Below, one piece after another: positions 1 through 9,899 of a stretch of 64,000 bases of DNA. Numbering within the stretch: the first letter of the stretch is position 1; every line of letters begins with the position of its first letter. Source of the stretch: the human T2T-CHM13v2.0 reference genome, Homo sapiens. The notes under the pieces are model-generated. The model was given only the letters and a program-made list of their open reading frames with translations. It ran no database searches and had not been told where the DNA came from. The translations under genes were made by a program, and so were the position numbers. The stretch lies in the NCBI RefSeq assembly GCF_009914755.1, contig NC_060939.1; one strand, written 5' to 3'.

Positions 1-244
1 GGGGTTACAACTACCTTACATAAAGCTTGTTTAAACCTCTTACATTTTATAATTCTATTAACCTGTATGTTTTTATGTTCTGGTTCCAGGGAGACTTTTT
101 TTTTTTTTTTTTTTACCCCCAGACCATTTTACCTTTTCTGGTGAAAAGGGTTTGCGTTTCCAGCAGGGAGTTGCATCTTTAAGACCTACGAGGGATGGCA
201 GATTTGATAAGGCTTCTTAAATAGAACAATGATTCTGTGGGAGG

Positions 245-730
245 GGCACCATGAAAAAGGGGCCTCCTTAATCCCCAAATTTACCATGATCTGGGTAATA
301 GATATATTAGGTGAGAGGATATCCCAATTATCATAAAGCTAGTCCAACATGGCTTGCATAAGAAACATATTAACTGCTTCATCTGGGGTACTTCACTTGG
401 TATTTTATAGGGAGAGTTGGGCAGTCCCCTTCTCAGGGCAAAACAGACCTTATAATGGCATTATCTGGCCCACTAGGCTGATTGCTTTCTCAGGAATAAC
501 CCCCTGTACATTTGGATTCCATATACTTAGTGTTTCTTCAGTAATAAGCTGCCGGTCCTGCATTGATTCAAACAAGCTCTTAAATTCTGTAGCATTTAAA
601 ATTAATAATTTTGTCCTTAAAGTGGTTATTTTTACAATCCACTAAAGATTTTTTTTAAAGAAACTGAATTATACCAATCTACAAAAATGGAACAATTCCT
701 TTACATTACACCCTTTGGTTTTCAATAGTT
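245..730 (-). pseudogene. Decayed ERVL-type gag remnant within the MER4-group internal region
   Basis: Manual minus-strand translation across frameshifts gives ...CNVKELFHF/VDWYN...L*WIVKITTLRTKLLILNATEFKSLFESMQDRQLIT... and K*STPDEAVNMFLMQAMLD*LYDNWDILSPNISITQIMVNLGIKEAPFSW. These resemble recalled ERVL Gag motifs (YT.KEL..F...Y.Q...WEWILRV....I.LDQAEF; W.T.EE...L...GMLEWIY...GAP). Confidence 0.6.
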
Positions 731-2452
731 ACTTGGTTTTACCCTTTTCCCTGTTTTCTTGGTAACCATAGGGCTCAGAGTTTTGTTGCCCCATATAAAG
801 ATGGAGGTATATATATAAAGATAGAGGTATTATAGGCATGCAGAATAAAAGGCATGTTCAAAAGATACTTTATTTGCCTGTTTTCAAAACAATTTTTCTC
901 CCTTAGATAAGTAGTAAAAGTTACAGGAGCCAAGGAAAGGTGAAAGAGAGAGCCATCATTTAAGGACTTTTCAAAAGAGAAAGAGTGGCACTTTTAAGAT
1001 ATCAATCTGAAGAATGTTAAAGAATGTTAAACAGCATTTAAAAATTTAAAAACTTCTTGCATTAAAAATAAGTCGATATCTGTAATACAATCTTGTTTTA
1101 ACGAATTATTTAGTTTTGTAATAGTGCATTTTTTAATATTAAAGACCCATCTCTAGAAAGATTATTATGATTTCTTTTTGATTATAGCCAACTGAATTAT
1201 ACAACCCCTTTAAAAAATTTATCTTACTAACCTTATTATGACTTACATAGTTCATTCACAACATGTTTAGGCTGTTTTGTCTTAAATATCCCTCTTTCTT
1301 GTACAATCCCATCATTTTTATTTTAGGACAAAAATTTACCACACATTCTTATATAAAATTACTTTCCTTTTTTTTTTAAACCAAAAATACCTCCTTATAC
1401 CTTGAACTTTCTTTACATCTCTTATTTCCTGATTCCTGTACCTTATTATATATATAACCCTTAAATAAGCCTTGAATTAGACAAAGATATTTTACCTCTA
1501 ATAAGAACATTTAAAAAAAAGTTTTCCTGTAATTCTTAAATTGGAATTGCCCAGATACTTTATATCAATTAATAACATTAGATCCTAAATTATAATGAGT
1601 TTGTTTATAAGCATTTATTCCATTACATTTACCTGATTTAGTAGTTACCTAGATTATTTATTTAAAAAAACTGTGATAGCCAATATTTACACTTATTTTT
1701 CTATTAACCATTTTTATAGCTGTGAATTTTAGGTATTTATTTAAGTAATAAAACTTATGGTTAATTTTAAGGGTACTTATACCAATAACTCAGTATTTAG
1801 CTGTTTTCATTTAAGCCAGCAATATTTTATAAGCATATACAAGCACAGATTATTTTGTCTTGGGGTGGGTTTCATAGTTTATAACCCTTCTGGCAAATCT
1901 TATTGTATTTTGCAGGAATAAACATGGAACTACTTGCTTAATAAATGCAAACAAAATGCTAACAATTTTAAAGACATCGCTGATATTTTACCAATAATTT
2001 AAAGCCAGTTTATTTAGTAAAGATTTTACTTAAGTCACATGAACTTGAAAAAGCATTTGAGTGGTTTTCTTATCTGATTTAAGTGTTTTTTAAAAGCCAA
2101 TTAGTTCAAGTTCTTTATATATTTTTACTAGTGAAAAGATTGTGTACACACACATAAATATATAGACGTATTAGGCATTGTGATAGAAGCACATGGCACA
2201 TGTTCTTATAGACTTATAAAGACCTACTTTTTTTCCCCTGCATTTAAAAAAAAATCTTACCCCAGGCAGTTGTTAGCTAAATAGCCTTAAATTTGCATAT
2301 TAAGGCAACTTCAGATGAAAATCAGATAGCAAAATTTACATCATAAGGTACAAAGAGAAAGTCTGGTGTGCTGGAGGGAAATTAAAATGGATTCAATTGC
2401 CAACTGAACATAAAATTATAGAAGTCTATCATAAAGGCCTTTAAATATATAT

Positions 2453-2474
2453 ACACACACACACACGCACACAC
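2453..2474 (+). repeat. (CA)n microsatellite
   Basis: acacacacacacacgcacacac read directly. Confidence 0.9.
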
Positions 2475-3513
2475 GAAGTTCCCATAGCTATTACTTCAGT
2501 ACTATAGCCATGAGACAAATACAACTTTGCCACCTTGCAAAAAACACTGTTAGATCCAAACGGTGGTTTTTATCTCAGTAGAAAAGTAACAGCAGATTAA
2601 AGCAGGCAGAAAAGAAAATAGAACCTAGGTACTCTATAGTTCACAGGTCGGCCTTAGGACTCTCTCCTTAATGTAAGCGTGCACAAAGACCATATTACTT
2701 CCATTTGATATAAACCCTAGCAAGTACGGGTGCCATAAAACCTACGGAGTGCTCGAAAGGAAGTCATTCTTGTTTTCTCCTTTTTTTTTCTTTTTTTGTT
2801 AAAAGGAGGAACTGAGCTATAGCCTAGGGTTTTTGTGTGGTGGATCGATATGCATGCTTCTTGTGGGCAGGACTCCACAGTGTGTCACCTCTTACATGTC
2901 TCAGTTTCTCTCCAGAGGTCCATGACCTCTCAGAGGGTTCAAAACGCTAGATGATTAGCCCTTATATGCGTTTCCTGGACGAGCCATTTTTAAAATTAAT
3001 TTTGTTTTTTTTAGGGATTTCTCTGCAGGGCCACTGCATGTTGTGGGGGGTCAACCCCCCAGACACTCCCGCGAGGCCCCGGGTCACCCAAGGGCACCTT
3101 TCGGCTGCAAGGAGCAAATGTCCTTTCTCTTTGGAGCTGAAAAACTCAGTCTCTCATTTATCTATGAAAACAACAGTTCAGTTCCTCACGCAAATGTGCA
3201 GAGACAAACCAAATCAGGATACGTTTTAGGAGAAAAAGCAATATAGAATTCCCTTTAGAATGAATCTCCCAACTAGAATTGGGATCCTTAAAACAACAAC
3301 TCCCTAAAAGAAAACCAGCTCAGAATAAATCAAGGACCCCCAAAGCAAAGGGAGGTCCAGGGCTCAGGAGGACTTATCAGTTCCACCAGAGGAGAAACTC
3401 GAACTCGGTAGGGCTTCAATGGGCCTCTTCTAGTATCTTAGCTCCAGTTTCAGGCAACTCCTTCCGGGTCCTGAGTCTTCTCTGAGGCCCCACGTGTTTG
3501 AGCGCCGGATTAT

Positions 3514-4276
3514 TATCCATGAAAAGAGTCAAACTGTAAAATATTTTAAGAGATTTATTCTGAGCCAAATATGAATGACCATGGCCTGTGACTCAGCCCT
3601 CAGGAGGTCCTGAGAACATGTGACCCAGGTGGCTGGGGTATAGCTTGGTTTTCTATATTTTTAGGGAGGCATGAAACATCAATCAAATACATTTAAGAAA
3701 TACATTGGTTTGGTTCAGAAAGGCGGGACAACTCAAAATTGGCGAGGGGAGGGGAGGCCTCCAGCCTATAGGTAAATTTAAATATTTTCCGGTTGACAAT
3801 TGGTTGAGTTTATCTGCAGACCTAGGATCACTGGAAAGGAACTTTCTGGTTAAGATAAAGGATTGTAGAGACCAAGTTTTATTATGCAGAGGAATCTCTC
3901 AGATAGCAGGCTTCGGAGACAGAAAGTATCTTGTAAAATGTTTCTTATGGGACCTAAATGGGTGCCTGGCTCTTAGTTTATTATCTCCTGGATCTGGAAA
4001 GAAAGGAAGGAAAACAAAAGGGAAAGGGGATTCTCTATAGGATCTGGAAATTGCCTTAGCAGGGCAATTCAAGGTATGGCAAGGAAATATATTTTAGGGT
4101 TAAATACTTTTTCCTTGGCTCGTAATGCTATGCCAGAGTCAGATTGAAAAGTGAGTTACGATATATAGGGTCAAATAAAACCCATCTGGTGAGAATGCAT
4201 GGTTTGTAGGGCATGACTCCCTAGATCCCTTAGGTAAAAATGTGGGTAAGATAAAAAAATCAGAGCTTAGTCCTCA
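3514..4276 (-). mobile_element. MER4-family LTR (MER4D/MER4E-like), 5' LTR of the ERV
   Basis: Minus strand starts TGAGGACTAAGCTCTGATTTTTTTATC and ends ...TTTACAGTTTGACTCTTTTCATGGATA, matching recalled MER4D/E termini. AATAAA is present near the 3' end. Confidence 0.85.
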
Positions 4277-4702
4277 CTTATAACATTTTTTAAATTACAG
4301 AAATAAAAAAAAAAGCAAACATATCTGGAGACTGTCAAAGAAAATTTGCACCAGACAGGGCTAAACAGGCAAGGAAGACCTTATTCAAGACTATTCCAAT
4401 AGAGGTCAAGGCTACTGCATTTTGGAAAGAGATTGAACTCAATTTCATCGAAACACAAGGAGAGAGAAATTTTAAGCACTGGGGTAAGCTGGTAGAAAAG
4501 TACTAGAGGACACAAAGAGAGCTGGTGGATGTGATTAGGCCACCTGTGTTTGCTAATTGTCCATTACAGAAATTAAGCTCCTGCTTCTCACAGAGACTGA
4601 GATAGATACAGGGTCCTTATCTCTTTTGATAATTAAGGGAGGGTTCCTGCGTCGTACAGCTGGCAAGAGGCTGGGATCATATTTATCTCTCAAAGGGCGA
4701 GA

Positions 4703-4742
4703 GAATGAATGAATGAATGAATGAATGAATGAATGAATGAAT
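4703..4742 (+). repeat. (GAAT)10 microsatellite
   Basis: Perfect tetranucleotide run read directly. Confidence 0.95.
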
Positions 4743-4751
4743 GAGGGAATG

Positions 4752-4885
4752 ATTTATGTTTTAGCTTCTACTGTAAGTTCAGGGGTACATGTGCAGGTTT
4801 GTTACATAGGTAAACATATGTCATGGGGCTTTGTTGTAGAGATCATCTCATCACGAAGGTATTAAGCCTAGTACCCATTAGTCAT
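4752..4885 (-). mobile_element. Short 5'-truncated L1PA (older primate) 3' end
   Basis: aagttcaggggtacatgtgcaggtttgttacataggtaaac...gtattaagcctagtacccattag is the reverse complement of the L1PA 3' UTR end. Confidence 0.85.
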
Positions 4886-7519
4886 TTATAATTGCAAGTT
4901 TTCTAAAGTAAATTCTCTAAGCAAAGGGAGGGAGGTCAGGCTGTAATCAGGAAGAAACCTGTATAAGGAATAATCAAGCTCAGGGGAAATTTAAGCCATC
5001 TTGGTAAAGCCCCACTATACAGAAACATCTATTAAACTTTTGGAGAACAGTCATCTAAGACCTGAAACTTTTTTATACATAAATCCACATTGGATATGCA
5101 GTGTAAATTGATCTAATTATATTCTAAATGCTATGTTTGCATCTGTTTGTTTTATTTGACAACATATCATGGAAATCTATCTTCTGTAAACATACAAACA
5201 CAGCACTCCTTAAAATTATTTCATTGTATTAAATCCCATGATGTAACCTATAAATTCTTGGTCTGTTTAATCTTTTTTCTTCCTCTAAACACCAAGAGCA
5301 TTGTCTGTGTACCCGCTTGTGGCATTTTCTATCGACCATTATGTACTACTGTGGATTTATTATGCCTTTTATTCACTAATTAACTCTAAATTCCTAAAAG
5401 TAGAAACTTTGTCTATATTTCTCATTGGTCTCTGTATTTCCTACCAAATCCATAGGTGAGTTTTGATAAAAATAAACATTATTTATGTTGAATGCATGGC
5501 TAATCCAAATAAGAACAAAAAATACCAAACAAACTAGTTATAACATTGCTTTAAGCTATTAAGCTTCTGAAAGTAGAGGAGGTTCTGAGAGATTCAAAAA
5601 AATTTTTTTTAAGTTTTTTCTTTCCCCTTTCTTCCCTTCCCCTCCCCCAAATGCAGCTATTTAGACCCTGAAAAATTCAAAAACAAAACAAAACAAAAAC
5701 ACCTTGTGAAGTGGTCAGGATATGGAAGACCCAACCGGGTCAAGCTAGAAAAAATGGGTTCACAACTTTATTTGCGGTGGTGGAATCCTAGGTCACTCCT
5801 ACCCTTCCTCCAGATATCTTACAGAAATTAAACAACTTCACACGACTTTGATGCTATCCTTCTTGAAAGAAAACGTGCATCCTTTGCCCTTGACTTCAAA
5901 ATGTTGCAAAAAAAAAAATTATCTACTAGAAAAAAAAACATATCATCTTGCAAATACATTGTTCTTAGCTAAATATTTTATTGCTTTTGATTTTATATTT
6001 TTACTTAATTCTTGATTTTAATATTAACATTAAGGGATTCAAAGCTTAATGTTTATGACAGGTTAATTACTCAATTCACAAGTTGTGCATCTATTTACAT
6101 GTCTATTTTCAAAGCTAAACTTGAACGCCACATTTGAAGTTCTAAGTTAATTTCCCATGGCTTTGTTGGAACTAAGACCATGTTGACACACTTGCTGAGC
6201 CTCATCCTGCCTGTGAGGTGCACTCTATAAAATTCCAGAAGATTTGTAAGGTGCACACACATGAATTCTAATAATAGGATTAAGGGAGAAGGTTTTTCAA
6301 TTTTTTTTTTTACAATAGTTTAAATGAACAAACTTCTAAGTAAGAAAGAATTTTTTTTTTCAAAACAGTTCAAGGTAAATATTGTCTTTCTTTCACAAAT
6401 CTTTATTTTCAACCTATTGTTTGTTTTCCAGACCCTAGACATCACATACTTATTCAAGGAAACTTACAAGATAATATAGAGAAAAAACAAAAACTGGATA
6501 AGATAGAGAAAAAACAAATCACAGCTGGGTCTTCATCTCTTTCACGGTTATTAATGCTATGAAAAACATTAGTGAGTATCAGAAATAAAACAGGCATCAT
6601 TTTCCATATTTGTAGAAAACTTATCAGATAGAGCTGTTTCATTAGTCTGAATTTTTAACAGATTGAGGCATATTCACTTGAGCATTTAGGTTAGAAATAG
6701 CTCTTCAGTTTGGTCCTCCAGGATGTCAGGGTCACATAAACAGAATCCAGCCAAGCATTTTTTCTCACTGGCCACTTTGGTTTGTCAGTATAAATTCTAC
6801 TCAATAATAATAATGTGAAACTCTCCATTCTGTACAGGAAAGTTATTGTTGTGCTCCCTGGGAAGTAAGGCTTACCCGGATTATATTTTTTCATGAATCT
6901 TTGTTATTCCCTGAGAGTCATACTCACCACTACTTTTTCAAACTTTATTGCTTAAATAGAGGATGGAGATTGAAAATTATTTGGAAAATCAACAGCCAAA
7001 TAAATCAACAAAAGTATGTTTGGTTGGGGCACATCGTACCATTTACCAGCTGTAATCAATGCACTATTAGAAGTTTTGGAGGAAAAGGAGGAAAAATCGC
7101 ATCATGCTTTCAGAGCCGAGAATTCAGAAAAGTGTAGGACTGAAGGTGGTACATTTTCCAAACAAATAGTCGGTTTGGAGTGGGTGAGGTGAGATAGGAT
7201 ATTTCCATAGTATAGCAACCCTTGGGTTTGCTGGAAGATCAAGAAGCTAAAACACAGAAGCTAGAAACCCTCTCTTTTCTAGGGGTCATTAACATGAATT
7301 ATAAGAACTATTTTCCCTAAACATATTCTTACCTTTCAAAAATTTAAAATTAATTAGAATTCCCAAGATTTAATATTTCAGCAAATACAGAGATTTGAAG
7401 AGGTATAAGAAAGGTGCTTTTTCTTGAGTTATTTAGTTATTTCTTCCCAGCACAACACGTGTTAGAATCTTTACTGATGCTCACTTTTTTTCATGTTCTC
7501 CTCAAGATAATAGGGACAT

Positions 7520-7755
7520 CAAGTTCAGGTTGTGAAATTCAGCCTATATGGATGTGGTTTCCGGATTGCCAGTTCTAAGGTGTTAAACAATGTATTTGGT
7601 CTTTCTCTGAGTTTCACAGTGATAAATTTGTGCTAATAATTGTACATAATTTATTTGGTCATGAGATTGAAATACATGTAAGGAACTTATTGTAGGGCCT
7701 GGCATAGAAAAATATACCCTAAAATGTAAGGCATAATAATAATTGTTATTGCTAT
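7520..7755 (+). mobile_element. MIR SINE (degenerate)
   Basis: Core similarity (ctctgagtttc...gtgataa...tgagattgaaatacatgtaaggaactta...gcctggcatag) with a tatt-rich tail. Confidence 0.6.
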
Positions 7756-8430
7756 TACTAGTAGTGTTTTTTTATCAGAGCACTGAACTGCGCTAAACCA
7801 TTTTTAATGACATCCTTTAGTGGAGATTTCAAAGAATCTGGAGAAAATTAAATCCGAAATTGATTATTGCCAGAGGTGACTCTGGACCTTAATGTGGGCA
7901 GGGATTAAGTGAAATGGGGACAGGGAGAAGCATGTAAGTTGGCCTTCTGGACAGCACTTATTAGTTTGTCCCAAGGGACATAAAGATGCGTTCTAAAGAC
8001 AATTGGAAGATAACTTCTTAAGAGTAGCTTCTAACAAGTTTCACAAACTGAAAAAAAAGTTAAGAGTGACAAAGCAATGAGGTAAAGTATATTTGTAAAT
8101 AAAAAGCAGGATGAGAGATTAATATGCAATCTAGAAAATGTTTAAAAGTTGCAACGTTTTAGTGTTCATTCAATAACCTCCCAAGGAGGCTAGAGAGAGC
8201 CACAATGGAGTAGGGGTAGTTTGTCTAGTCAGAACCTTCTTCTTGATGAATATTTTGAATCATCAGAGTCTTCTAATTTGATAGAAGTTGCATAAAGGAT
8301 TAATAAGACATCTTTTCTGGCACTTCAGTCTGGGTCAGGTGGCCTTTCTGTGCATGTCCCTGGTGCTCTGTGTATTCCTATTACAGTGCTATAACACTGT
8401 AATGTTTTTAATCTGCTAGTGTGTACTACA

Positions 8431-8589
8431 CAGTACTTATCAAACATTCTCTGAATTTGAATCAAGACTTTCATTAAAATGCAGATTTGGATTCAGGGGA
8501 TCTGGGCTGGGCCTCAGATTCTGCATTTCAACAAGTTCTTTCCAGGTGATACAGATGCTGCAAGTTGGTGACCACACTTTGGGCAGCAA
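8431..8589. mobile_element. MER5A-like hAT-Charlie MITE
   Basis: aaaatgcagatt...ttcaggggatctgggctgggcctcagattctgcatttcaacaagtt...ccaggtgat...gatgctgc...gaccacactttg is the MER5A core. Confidence 0.8.
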
Positions 8590-8658
8590 CGCCTGAATAA
8601 AAGGCAAAATTCACAACGGTAGAAACTGAGGCTATTTTGATTACCCTTGTAGCACTAC

Positions 8659-9169
8659 TGAAACAGCTACAAGGTCTGGGGTAAATATCCAAGGTTTGTC
8701 TCTCTTGCCAGGAAAATTTAGGACAGGGACACATATGAGGAGTTTAGGAGTACAGGTTTAATAGACAAAAGAAAGAGAAAGGAAACAGCTCTCTTTCTAG
8801 TGAGACAGAGGGGACTTCAGAAAGGAAAGACTCGCCAGCTGCGGATGCACTGGATTTTATAGTCAGGCTTGAGGAGGCAGTGTCTGATTTACATAGGGCT
8901 CACAGATTGGTTCTATCAGGTATGACATTCACAAAGCGCATGGGGAAGGCTGGTTGCCCCACCCTGATCTTATTATGCAAATTAACTTTCCCTGGGCTAG
9001 CACCTCTTGTCTGCTCCTTGCTGTACACATGGCTGGCAGAGAAGGGAATATAGTGGCGTCATTTTGAATATGCCATTTTGGGGCAGCTTTACATTAAAAG
9101 GAAAACCTTACGGAGGACTCTCCTACCTTCACTATCTGCCTAGGTGATTTCTTCTTAACTCTTTCATCA
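8659..9169 (-). mobile_element. Solo LTR9-family ERV1 LTR
   Basis: Minus strand starts TGATGAAAGAGTTAAGAAGAAATCACCTAGGCAGATAGTGAAGGTAGGAGAGTCCTCCGTAAGGTTTTCC and ends GTTTCA. It is flanked by a 4-bp TSD ctac/ctat and inserted in an L2 3' end. Confidence 0.8.
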
Positions 9170-9899
9170 CTATCACCTAGTAAGGTGGCTGCCACAGAGT
9201 ACATGCTCAATAAGTATATGGTCTATCAATGTAGGAATGAATCATGTAGGACATGATTCATGATCTCTACGTAACTAATCGTTGAAATGGAGGATCAATA
9301 TTAATTTATGAAGAATTTGGGTTCCACATTCTGATCATGACTATATGAGAAAAATCTGTTCTATAATGTTTTTAATGTGAAACCACTTTTTGGTTCTGTC
9401 AATGGGATGATGGCTGCTGCCTGTGTAGCTGTAAACTGCTTTTCTAGACTCCAGTGGCCATATTTTCTTCTTAACTACACAAGTGATTTGTAGGTATCCT
9501 AATGAAAAGATAGAAGGTGAACAGATGGCATGTGTTTCACTTAGATCCATGAATCATAAAGTTTGTTAATTCTGTTTCTCCTAAGAGAAGCAAAATCTGT
9601 ATTTGTTGTAAATGATATTAAGGATCTCAAACATCAATTTTATAATCATCTGTGCCTACTAAAGTTGACCTTATTCAAGACACATAATATATTGATGAAT
9701 ACCATAGAGAAAAACTAAAAAGTAAAAGAGCTTTTTGTAAACGAAGAATTACGTGTTGTCTAAGCTGTAAAATTTGTACTATGAGAGTCCACTCCTATGG
9801 TTGCACTTCCATTTGTCCTCTTATATTTAGAATCATTTTGTTTCTAATCTCAGTATCATTTTAGAATCACTTCCCCAATTATGTGTTCTTTCCAACTTT

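Larger units (their letters stand above)
1..3513 (-). mobile_element. MER4-group ERV1 internal region (non-autonomous, decayed), continuing beyond the left edge
   Basis: Lies directly 3' (minus strand) of a MER4-type LTR. A PBS-like sequence sits at 3487-3507, followed by a GC-rich leader (about 3030-3480) and a long AT-rich internal segment typical of MER4-group elements. A gag-like remnant lies at 245-730. Confidence 0.8.
4333..5006 (-). mobile_element. Solo ERV1 LTR, MER31/MER67-like, interrupted by a microsatellite and an L1 fragment
   Basis: Minus strand ends ...GTCTTGAATAAGGTCTTCCTTGCCTGTTTAG...GGTGCAAATTTTCTTTGACA and starts about TTACCAAGATGGCTTAA. Confidence 0.65.

Noticed and set aside
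349-645. 98-aa plus-strand ORF
   Set aside because: Antisense shadow of the ERV gag remnant, with no recognisable protein.
793-1030. Short tandem duplications (atataaagatRgaggtat x2; agaatgttaa x2)
   Set aside because: Ordinary slippage in AT-rich ERV internal DNA.
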